NCBI GenBank assembly: GCA_046704725.1
Contig: JBJKRI010000006.1
Coordinates: forward strand, 64,001 to 128,000
Source: Candidatus Woesearchaeota archaeon
Lineage (GTDB): Archaea > Nanobdellota > Nanobdellia > Woesearchaeales > SKIA01
DNA length: 64,000 bases
Direction of reading: 5' to 3'
Positions 18,701 to 30,700 of the stretch are shown piece after piece (the stretch's first letter is position 1; every line of letters begins with the position of its first letter). The position numbers were made by a program, and so were the translations under genes. The notes under the pieces are model-generated. The model ran no database searches, was not told where the DNA came from, and saw only the letters and a list, made by a program, of their open reading frames with translations.

Positions 18701-21700
18701 CAGAAACATTGAGGAGGATGACGTCCGTCATGGTCGCGTTCACGCCGTCGCGGTCGACACCCGTAGCGTTGTTCGGGGCGACGGGGGTGATCGGGAAGGG
18801 GATGATGCTAAGGGTGTCGTTCCCGGATGGCTGGCCGCCCGCGAGGTAATAGATGCTGTACTGGTCGGAGACGTTGCAGCTCACAGCATAGGTGCCAGTG
18901 GTCGATGTCGTGAAACTCGTCGTCGCGTAGCCCGTGCTGTTGGTGAGGTTCGTCGCGAGGAGCGTCCCGTTCCGGTAGAAAGAGACGTTCGCTGCAGCGA
19001 CCGCGACGCCCGTGTGCTCGTCCTGCACCCGGCACGTTTGGGTCACGATCTGCCACGCGTATGCGCTCGACGCGCTCAGCGATGCGGAAGTCACGTTCAT
19101 GTAGCCATACACCGTCGTGTTCCGCTGAGACGCGGAGACATTGAAGAAATACGACGCCGATGCATTGCCGGTAACAGTCCAGTTGCCCACACCAGCCAAG
19201 GCGAGCAGGCTGTACGAACCATTCCAATACGGACCGACAAAGATCGTCGTGTTCGTGTCATTACCGTTCACGCTCGAGACATTCAACTGGACAGCTCCAG
19301 AGTACGTCGCATTCAACTGGGAACGCGTCTCGGGGCCGGGACTCGTGAGATTGAAGAGCACGTAGAGCGTATCGTTCTGCGTGTAGTTCGCATTCGGGTC
19401 AACCGTCACATTCCAGAATTTCAGGGACGGCGTTCCGTAGCTGATGTAGGTTCGCGTGCCGTTCGTGGAAGCCTGCGTAGAGCCACCCCACCACTCGTGG
19501 ACGCCAGCATATGTCGATGAGTTCGGGTTATAATACAGGACGGCGTGCCCGCCGCTCGTCGTGTTCGAACCGATCGTCGTGGGACCGACAGCGAACGGAG
19601 ACGTCAGGTTCTGCGAGAACGTGATAGCGACGCCATTCGGGACGTAGGACGGCACAGAGACATTCAGCAAGACGACATCGGGCATGGTGGCGCTGCCGGA
19701 ATCACGGTCCACTGTCGTCGTGTTCGACGGAGAGACCGGCGTGACCGGGAACGGCAATACTGTGAGCGTCGCGTTCTTCCCGGGAGCGTTTCCCGCATAG
19801 TAATAGATGCCGAATTGGTCTGAGACGTTGCACGACACGCTGTACGTTCCCGAGACGTTCGTCTGGAAGCTATACGTGACCCCACCGGAGCTGTTCGTCG
19901 TGTTCGTGCCGAGCAACGTAGAGTTGCGGTAGAACGAGACCGTCGCGCCAGAAACAGCGACATTCGTGTCCTGATCGCGGACCTCACAGGTCTGGGCGGT
20001 GGGCTGGTACGCATAGATCGTCGACGGAGAGAGAGACGCGGAGGTCACGTTCATATAGCCGTAGATCGTCGTGTTCCGCTGGGACGCGGAGACGTTCAGG
20101 AAGTACGACGCCGAAGCATTGCCGGAGACGGTCCAATTGCCGACGCCCGCGAGGGCGAGCAAGCGATACGAACCATCCCAATACGGGTTCACGAACGACG
20201 TGACGTTCGTGTCCTGACCATTCACGCTAGAGACATTCAACTGCACAACACCACCATACGTCGAATTAAGCTGGGAACGCGACTCCGGACCAGGACTCGT
20301 GAGATTGAAACGCGCATGAAGCGTATCGTTCTGCGTGTAATTCGCATTCGGGTCAACCGTCACATTCCAGAACGTCAAGGACGGCGTACCATAGCTCAGG
20401 TAGGTGCGCGTACCGTTATGGATTCCGGCGCTGGAGTCCGCGTACCAGAGGTACGCTCCAGCATAGCTCGAACTGTTCGGGTTATAGTACAAGAGCGCGT
20501 TGCCGCCGCTCGTCGTATTCGAGCCGAGTGTGTAAGGACCTCCGGTGAAGGGAGTGGTCCGGTTCGCGAGGAACGAGATGGACACGCCATTCGGCACCCA
20601 GGAAGGCACGGACACGTTCAGAAGGATGACATCTGGAATCGACGCGCTTCCGGAGTCACGGTCGACTGCGGTTCCGTTCACGGGGGAGACGATCGTGATC
20701 GGGAAGGGAGTGACGGTCAAGGACGAACTCTGCGCAGGAACGTTTCCAGCATAGTAATAGATTGACGGCTGGTCAGAGACATTGCAGCTCACGGAATACG
20801 TCCCTGTGGTGTTCGTCTGGAAGCTAAACGTGACGCCACCAGAACTGTTCGTCGTATTCGTGCCAAGGAGCGTACCATTCCGATAGAACGAGACCGAGGC
20901 GCCCTGCACCGCAACACCTGTGTGCTCATCGTGCACCGCGCACGACTGGGCGGTGGACTGGTACGAGTATATCGTCGAGGAGGCGAGCGAAGCGGAGGTC
21001 ACGTTCATGTAGCCGTATACTGTTGTGTTGCGGATCGAAGCAGAGACATTCAGGAAGTACGACGCCGAAGCGTTACCGGTGATGTTCCAGTTGCCGACGC
21101 CAGCCAAGGCGAGCAAGCCGTAAGAGCCCTGCCAAATCGGATTGACGAAGCTCGTGGTGTTCGTGTCCTTACCATTCACGCTCGAGACATTCAACTGGAC
21201 AGCGCCAGAGTACGAGGAATTGAGCTGGGAACGCGACTCCGGACCGGGACTCGTGTAGTTGAAGCGAACGAGCATCGTCTGGTTCTGCGTGTAGTTCGCG
21301 TCCGGATCGACAGTCGCATTCCAGAACACAAGAGACGGCGTACCATAACTCACATACGTACGCGTACCATTCGTCGAAGCCTGCGTAGAACCACCCCACC
21401 AAGAGTGGATACCAGCATACGTCGAGCTATTCGGGTTATAATACAAGACAGCAAACCCACCACTCGTCGTGTTCGAACCAATAACCGTCGGACCGACAGC
21501 AAAAGGAGACGTCAAGTTCTGCGTGAACGTGATGGCCACACCATTCGGAACATACGACGGAACAGAGACATTCAACAAGATGACATCAGGGATGCTCGCG
21601 CTGCCGGAATCTCGGTCCACAGCGGTCGCGTTCGACGGGCCCACAGGAGTCACGGGGAACGGCAAGACCGTCAAGGACGTGCTCCGACCAGGAACGTTTC

Positions 21701-24700
21701 CCGCATAGTAATAGATGGACAACTGGTCTGAGACGTTGCACGACACGCTGTACGTCCCGGAGACATTCGTCTGGAAGGAATACGTGACACCACCAGAACT
21801 GTTCGTCGTATTCGTGCCAAGGAGCGTACCATTCCTATAGAACGAGACCGTCGCACCAACCGCAGAGACATTCGTGTCCTGATCACGGACCTCACACGAC
21901 TGCACAGTGGATTGGTACGCATAGATCGTCGACCGAGACAAAGACGCAGAAGTCACGTTCATATAACCATACACCGTCGTGTTCCGACCACTCACCGAAA
22001 CAGGGAAGAAATACGACGCCGAAGCATTACCAGAAACATTCCAGTTGCCGACACCAGCCAAAACGAGCAAGCCATACGAGCCCTGCCAATACGGATTGAC
22101 GAAGCTCGTGGTGTTCGTGTCCTGACCATTCACGCTAGAGACATTCAACTGCACAACACCACCATACGTCGAATTAAGCTGGGAACGCGACTCTGGACCA
22201 AGACTCGTGAGATTGAAACGCGCATGAAGCGTTTCATTCTGGGTGTAATTCGCATTCGGATACGAAGACACATTCCAGAACGAGAGATTGAACGCACCCC
22301 ACTCAGCATACGTGCGGCTACCGTTCGGACCTCCGGCCGTTCCGGAATTACCGTACCAGCGATAAGCGCCAGCGTAGCTGCTGCTGTTCGGATTGTAATA
22401 GAGGACAGCGTTGCCGCCGCTCGTCGTATTCGAGCCGAGCGTATACGGACCACCGGTGAAGGGAGCGGTGCGGTTCGCGAGGAACGAGATGGACACGCCA
22501 TTCGGCACCCAAGACGGTACGGACACGTTCAAGAGGATGACATCGGGCATGGTCGCGTTCACGCCGTCACGATCCACAGAGGTGCCGTTCACAGGGGAGA
22601 CGGGCTGTATGGCGAACGGGTCGACGGTAAGCGTCGCGTTGCGCTGCGGAGCGTTCCCGGCGTACAGCAAGGAAGAAGGCTGGTCGGAGACGTTGCACGT
22701 GATCAGCCAGCTCCCGGTCGCATTCACGTTGAAGGACAATGTCAAGACTCCCGAAGAGTTCGTCGTATTGGTCCCGAGGGAAGTGCCGTTGCGGTAGAAG
22801 CCGACCGTCGCTCCCGAGACAGCAGAGCCTGTCCGCTGGTCACTCACCGTGCACGACGCGGTCGTGGACTGATACGCGTAGATGGTGGATGGAGCCAGGC
22901 TCATCGTGGTCACGTTCATGTAGTCGCCGAGAGTGATGGAGATATCCTGGTTCTGCGTCATGTTCACGCTCCTGGACTCGTCGTGGTACCCGGTCTTGCC
23001 CGCAGAGACCGTGTGGTTGGTGAGAGTCGTGACCGTGCCGTTCTCGTCGGTCGCGTAGGTCACGTTCTGGCGGGTGATGCTGCCGTTCGCGGCGGTCGTG
23101 ACGCTGAAGACCTGGGACGCGAGCGCGTCGGTCGCGTTGACCGTCGCGCCGCTCACCGCGCTCCCCAGCGTGTTGTTCACGTACACGTCCAGGTAGTGCT
23201 GGTAATAGACGATTGCCGTCTCTCCGGTGTTCACTCCGGTGAAGACCGTCGTCGCGGGCGTGATGCTGCTGTTGCGCACAGTGATGTTCTGCACGCTCGT
23301 CCCGGTCCCGCCGGCGTTCACGAACAGCACGTTCCCGCCAGCGGAAACAATGCTGTCGATGATGAAGAGCTGGTCGGCGGTGTTGTAGGTGTTCACGCCG
23401 TAATTGCCGCCGTAGATCGTGCTGTTCTTGATCGTGACGTTGCCGTTCGCCCCTACACCGGTGTTCGACACGTTGATCGTGCTGTCCGTGAGGTTCGCGT
23501 CGCTGCCCAAGAGCACGCCATTGTTTCCGTACACGGTGATGTTGTGCAGGTCCTTGCTCCCTCCCGGCATATTGATGGCCGTCTTTGTCGTGTTGATGTA
23601 CAATCCGTGGGCGGAGAGGACGCCGTTGGACAGTTCGATGCCGCCGCTCGCGACCGTCCCGAGGACGCGCGTATCATTGAGGGTGACCGTGGATGAGTAG
23701 CCGCCGATGAGGCTCGTTGCGTTGATGCCTGTGAGATTGACCGACCGCAACGTGACATGGCCCGTTCCGCTGGCGTAGACTCCCGAAGAGCCCGATCCAG
23801 TCACGTTCGTCCAGACCACACTGTCAGTGAGGTTCAGGTTCGCCGCCTTTATCCCGTACTGGTTGGCCGCCGTGCCCTGGATGCTGATGTTGAGGCGCGC
23901 GAGGCGCAACGGCTGGTTCGTGGTGATGGCGCTCGTGTCGTTGCCGAGGATCGTCGGCAATCCTGTGCCGTTGCTCGTGATCGTGATATCCTTGTTGACC
24001 GTCACGTTCTCCACATAGGTGCGGTTGTCGATGATGACGACGTGCTGTCCCGCGCTGGCAGCGTCCACGGCGGTCTGGACGTTCTTGTAGCACACGCCCG
24101 TCTCGTTGATGCAGACGGTGAGTGGATAGACGATGTAGCTACGGCTGATGTTGGTCGGTGGGTAGAAGTACGTCGCGCCGCTCGCCACGGTCGTGTTCCA
24201 CGTCGTGATAGAGATGGTCCCGATGGGTATCTGGTAGGTGTCGTTGCGCCAGAAGGTGCCGTTATAGACGAGTCCGACCGTCCCGCTGTTGGAGGGCCCC
24301 TTGTGGGTCGCGTTGCTCGAGGCGCTGTAGCTCGCGTTGAGCTGCGACGCTGTCTCAGGGCCGGGGCTCGTGAGGTTTACATCGGCGGCGATGACGTCTT
24401 GCTGGTAGTAGCTCGCGTTCGGATCCACGCTCGCATACGAGAACGCCTGCTGCAGACCGCCATAGACGAGGGCGTCGCTCGTCGTGGACGGGTCGGCGTA
24501 CGTGCTGTTCGCGAAGACCGTGACGTTGCCCGCGTAGACCGTCGCGTTCGGGTTCCAGACGTAGACGGCATTCCCGTTCGCGTCCGTCGTGTTCGAGCCC
24601 AAGAGCAGGTCCGTCTGCCCCAACGCCGGGTCGGTGAGGTTGAGGTAGAAGTCAATCGTCACTCCGGCAGGCGCTGAGGGGATGGAAGCGTTCAACAGGA

Positions 24701-27700
24701 GCGTGTCGGGATCCGCGCTCACGCTGTCTCGGTCCACGCGCGTGCCGTTGGCGGTGTTCATCGCCGCCGTCGTGCGGCTGATGGTATAGGTGCTCGTCTT
24801 GTTCTGCGAAGCATACAACGGGTCGTCGCAGTAGACGTCGAACGCCGCTCCCGCGTAGGTCCTGTTGAAGCTCCTGTTGAACCAATAGAGCTTTCTGGCG
24901 GCGTCGTAGGTCATGTTCTTATAGACGGTCCAGCCGCCGCTGACGTTGAAACGGGCCTCGCAGTAGCTGCTCGCCGTGTGGATGGGCTGCATGCTCGTGT
25001 CGCTATAGTTCGCCGTGAAGTTATCGAGCGTGTAGACCGGCACGATGGTCGAAGCGCTGGTGTCCGAGAGGGTGAGGTTGGACAGACCGTGCACGACAAA
25101 GGTGGTGCTCGACGTGCCGAGGTAGGTGTAGGGTCCGGTCATGTTCGCCAACAGGTTCCACGTCCCGACCGGCGCGGTGTAGCCGATCGTTCCTGTGCCC
25201 GACCAGTTCACGCCGTTGTACAACAGCGTGATGTTGCTCATGGGCGAGGCGGCGCTCTGCGGAGAGTAGTTCGCCTCGACGGTCAATGAATAGTTGTTCC
25301 CGAGCTGCGCCTGCGTCTCCTTGTTTATCTGCGAGGAGGCGTTGTACTGCAAGGTGACGGTGTCCGTCTGGTTGTAGACCGCGTTCGGGTCCGCCACGGC
25401 GCTCGACGGCGCGAGGGCGGGGGCTCCCTTGATGATGAAGGTGTGCGTGCTGTTGAAGAACGATATCACGCTCTCGCCCCACCAAGTATAGTTCCCCGCA
25501 TAGTACGAGCTGTTCGGATTGAACCAGAGCGTGGCGTATCCCGTGGCGTTCGTCGTGTTCGAGCCGAGGAGCAGGCCGTTCTGGCCGGCGAAGGCAGGGT
25601 CGGTGAGGTTCGCCGTGAAGTTCACCGTGTAGCCCGCGCCGGCGCCCGGTATGCGCATGACGAGCGGTATCACGTCAGGGTCGCTCGCGCTGTAGCCGTC
25701 GCGATCGACGACGGTGCCGTCGGCGGGGTTCATCGAGTCGGACGCCCCTTTCACGGTGAAGTTCCGTGTGATGAGGAGAGTATTGGCTGCGCCGGTATAA
25801 TCGGTAAAGCCTGAATTGACGTGCGTCCACGCAGTCACATTCCACACGCCCACAGGTGCATCGCTCGGGAGCACATACGTCCCACTGAAGTTCCCCGAGC
25901 CGTTCATGTCGACGAAGTAACTTGAGGTATTCGGTGCGTGGAGGTCGGCCTCCACGAACACGCCGTAGCTAGAGTTCAGCTGCGACGCGGTCTCGCCGAG
26001 GCTGGAGACAGTGAAGTTCAGGCCGACGGTCTGTGTCGCGTTATAGTCCGGGCCCGGATCGAGCGTCGCGTTCTGATACGCGAGCGTGAGATTGAACAGG
26101 ACATCCAGCGTACGGCTCCCCAGGCTGTCGCTGCCCGCGCTCTGTGGCCACCAGGACCAGTTTCCTCCATGGATGGACGTGCTGGGATTCCACCAGAATG
26201 TCGCCGTGCCGCTCGCGTTCGTCGTGTTCTGTCCCAGGTAGACATCCGTCTGGCCGAGCAACGGGTCGGTCAGGTTCGCCGTGAAATTCACCAGGACGCC
26301 CGGAGCGCCATCGGTCAGGTTCGCCTGCAGTGCGATGAATGCGGGCCAACCCCCCGCCCCCGGCCCATCACGGCTCACGTATGAACCCCCCGAGATTGGA
26401 AGCGGGATGACGCGCACGTCCTCTTTCACGTTTCGCTGCGTGCTGTTGGCGGCGTTGCCGACCAGGTCCTGGCACTCCACGTTCCAGCTGTAGTTGCCGT
26501 TTTGCACGCTCGTGAGCCAGAAGCTCTGTGTCGTGCCTTGGGTGATGCTCGTGTTCGTCTGGTTGAGGGTGTCGTTGATGTAGAGCGAGCACTGCGGCAC
26601 GGGGAGCAGGTTGTCCGAGACGTTATAATCGAGCTGGATGGTCCGTGTCGTGGTCACGACGGTGTTGTTCGCCGGGTTCTCCAAGAGGACGGTCGGCGCC
26701 TGCGTGTCCACGGTGAAGTTCCTGGTGACGGTCGATGCGGCGTTGCCGGCCTTGTCCGTGCACGAGACGCTCCAGTTGTGCTGTCCCTGCGTGAATCCTG
26801 TCACGGTCGTCGCGTTGGTCTGGCCGTTCACGACGCTCGCGCTCGTGTTGAGCGCGCCGTCCACGTAGACGTCGCAGCCGATGTACGGGTCGAGGTTGTC
26901 GCTCGCGGTCCAGTTGAAGGTCACGCTCGTCGACGAGGTGTTGTAGCCCTCGACGGGGGTGTTGGGCGTGACTGTCGGGGCGGTCGTGTCGACATAGAGG
27001 AGCACGGTCTTGTTCGTCGCGTAGTTGTAGGCCTGGTCCCATACTTCGAGCGTGATATTGCGCAGTCCCTGGGGCTGCGCGGCGAGGGTCTGCTGGTGCG
27101 TCGTGGCGTTCGCCATCGTGCCGTTCGAGTCCTGCGTGCCGTTCACGTACAAGGTCCAGTTCAACGTAGAGGCCATGTTGTCCTGGGCGGTGAAGTTGAC
27201 CGACGGGGTCGTCGTGTTATACCAGGTGTAGTTGGTCGCCGGAACGGTGATACTGCTGTTCGGCGCGGTCAGGTCGATGAGGACGTTGCGCGTCGCGCTG
27301 GTTCCCGTGAGGTAGCGCGCCGAGTCGTCGTCGCACGCCGCGTACCAAGTGTCATTGCCCTGTGTGAAGGTGTGCGTATAGGTGTCCGACGTGTTGACGG
27401 TGAAGCTGCTGTTCGTGTCGACGAGCGCCCCGTTCACGTAGACGCGGCACTGGCTGATGTTGAAGAAACCGTCCGTCGCGTTGTAGGTAAGGGCGTGGGA
27501 CGCGGTGTTGTACCAGGTATTGTTGGGTGGCGAGACGAGGCTCACGTTCGGGGCTGGATAGGTGAAGTTCACGCTCAAGAAAGCGATGTCGTAGTCGTAC
27601 GTCGGGCTCTGAGGGTTCTTCCAGAGGTTGCCGTCCGTCAGGCGGAGCCAAACCCGGTTCATGTAGTTGGAGGTGTTGACGGCCTGGGTGATATCACAAG

Positions 27701-30700
27701 AGTCGAGCCCGAGCCCCGCGCGGTAGGGGATGATGCAGAGCGTGACCCACGTCGCGCTCGAGATGTTGTACCAATCGACGTAGACGTTATTCGTGGACGA
27801 CTCCTTGTGGTAGATGTTGAGCGAGAGATTGGAGAGCGCCATGCCGGCGTACATCGTGGACGGAAAGGTCATATTCATCATGTCGAGCCCTGCGGTGCTC
27901 GCGACGATCTGCGCGTAAACGCCGTCCTTCTTCGTGACGTTCCCCAATTCGCTCTGGACGAACGTACCGCCTTGCCAGTACTCCGCCGTGGACGGGAGGA
28001 TGACCACGTGGATGATCTTCGTCGCGGAGTAACTGTTATTCGCGTACTCAGTGAAATTGAAGGTGTACGGCCCGGTGAGGGTATCGAGGCCGCTGGGGAC
28101 GGTCCAGTTGAAATTGAGGTCCCCGCTGCTGTTCGTCGTCGTGTTCGTCGGATAGCCGTTCTGCAGCTCCCCTTCCGGATTGGTCGCGTTGACTGTAACC
28201 GTAGCTCCCTTCGCCCAATGGCTCCCCGTGAACTCGACGAGCTGCGAGCGGTTGAAGTAATCGCCTACGATCTGTGTCTGCACGGTGGGAGAGCGCTTGG
28301 TCACTGTATAGTTGTTCGTTGCGTTGATAGCGGTATTGTTCCGCTGCCAGGCATACAGCGAATACAGCCCCAGCGGCGCGTAGTCGGCGATCGTGTAGTT
28401 CGTCTTGAATCCGCCCGTGCTGTTGGTCGTGACGTTGACCTGTGCGACGAACGACCCGCCCTTTGTGATGTTGATGCTGACGAGGGCGGAAGGATCATAG
28501 ATGTCCGTCCCGGATATCTGGACCGTCTCCCCCTGGACGTACGTGGTCTTGTCGAGCTCCAAAGAATACTTCGTGAAATTGTACGCGATACGATAGACGA
28601 GGTAGTCGGCGTCGGAGACGTGCTGCGTGTTCGGGTTGCCGCCGTTGCTGAAATCGATGCGGATGCGCGCGGTCGGGTTGGGACCGAAGAACTGCGAGCA
28701 GTTCCAGGACTCCGCGCCTGGGAGGACGGCGGTCGCGTTCTGCGAGCCCACCGACGTCGGCTCAGTCGTGCTATTGACGTTCACCCCGCTGACGATCGGG
28801 GTCCACACACCGTATCCAGGATCCACATAGATGCTGTAGCTGTTCCCTGTATTGTCGCCCCAGACCTGGTAGTCCACGGACACGCTGTGGATGACGTCGC
28901 ACTTGCGCAGCGGCATGCTCTCGTTGCCGTAGGTCGCGTTCATGCTGCCGTTGTAGTTCGTCTTGTGGTTGAAGGTCTCCTTGTTCGGGCTCGGCGGCGC
29001 CTCGTTGCAATAGGTCAGCTCCTTGTTGCACGCGGGAGTGCCGTTGTCATAGGTGCCGCTGCACGTCGACGTGCTGTAGTTGCCGCCGTTGGACTGGCAG
29101 TCCGCGTAGAACGGCGGGAGCACGAGGTCGCTGACCTCGACGAGCAACGGGTCGCCCGGCGTGAGCGTCACGCTGTACGGCTCGCCGGGAGTGAGCGCCA
29201 TGACCTCGACGAAGCCGCCGTTGCAGGTCTGCGTGCTGAAGTTATAGTCGGCGCACTTGAGCAATTCACTGCCCTTCGCGATCCTCGTGACGGTGTACGA
29301 CGTGTTGAACGACGGGTCGATCGCGTAGGCGTCGACCACCGCGCGGTCGGTGAATCGCTTCGCGCGGGAGGCCGGCACGGATTCGATCCCGAGCCCCATG
29401 GTCGCGGGGGACGCGCCGTGCACAGTGAGGTTCGATACCGGACCGTTCGGGAAGCTGAACTCGACATCATAAGTCCCGTTGTTCGCGCGCGCCTGAGACG
29501 GGAGCAGGCCGCTCTTGCGCAGATGGCCGTGCTGGCTCAAGGAGACGGTCGCGCGGACCTCCTGGCCGTGGCTGTCATACACGAGCAGTCCCTGCGGAGC
29601 GTGGGGCTGCACCGAGGGAGCGCCGAAGGGATTCGCGTACTCGTCCACGCGCAGGACGCGGAACGCATCAGCGACGACCACGCCGTCCGCCGCCGCGTCC
29701 GTGACCGTGACGGGGATAGAGGCGTTCATCCAGTAGCGCCCGAGATAGTCCCACTGCGCGGGCTGGCGCTGGTCATCGAGCACGGTGTCGTTGCCGATAC
29801 GGATGCGGGCGTTGCTCGCGAACGACGGGTCGCCGGGGTGCCAGACCTCGAGCTCGTAATACGCCGGCGCGGTGGCGAGGAAGAAGCGCATCTGGGACTG
29901 TCCGCGCCCCTGACCGAGGTCGGTGTGGTAGCCCGCGCCGTGGTAGCCGGGGACCTGCGTCCCAGCGTACCACGTCCCGATGGACTGCACGCCGGGATCG
30001 CCGTCGTCCACGACCCTGTACGGGTCGAACGTGGGTCCCGCTCCGGGAGAGAGGCCGGCGAGCAGGTCTGTGTTCGCCGGCAACGGCAGGGAGAACACGA
30101 TTTTCTCGGAACCGTTGGCGAGCGTGCCGACGACCGTTGAGGGTGCGACCTGGGTGTTGCCGGAAGCGTCCGGATACGTGATGCGCCACTCACCCTTGGG
30201 CACGATGGCCTTCACCGTGAAGCTCGCGTGGTCGATGTGCGCTTGCTCGCTCACGTGGATGGCCGCCCCCGGAGGCTGCCAGATGCGGAGGGTGCGCGCG
30301 TTGTCCTGCGGCAAGGAATCGTTGGCCTGAATGGCCACGCGCACCGACTGCGTGGCCGATGGGATGGTGATCGTCGCGTTCGACGCTCCGGGCGGCAAGG
30401 TCTGGCTCTGGCGCGACGTGTCATTGCCGGCCGCGGTCTGGTACGTCACGTCGAGCGCGACCTGGTGCGTGCGCACGTCATGGTTGAAGAAGGAGACGGT
30501 CACCGTCCGGCCGTCCGAGCGCATGGACGACACCTCAAGGTCGTCGGAGACGAACGACTGCTCGGGAGCGCCGACGATCAATGAGTCGTTGATGCGCAGC
30601 GTGGCGCCGCCTTGGGTGAGCACCCACGGGATCGCTGTGCTCTTCGCTCCGGGCGGCAGGAGGATGCGGGCCACGATCGTCACGCTCTTGCCCGGCGCGA

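Noticed and set aside
19500-22300. Diversity-generating retroelement TR/VR pair within the adhesin repeats
   Set aside because: No reverse transcriptase in the window; differences are mostly synonymous and involve T, not A, on the coding strand.
15681-30140. Long + strand ORFs (806, 594, 1212 aa and others) opposite the giant gene
   Set aside because: Arg/Val/Gly-rich antisense shadows expected from GC-rich codon bias; no motifs. The same applies to shadows over the ATPase, MFS and 57351 genes.
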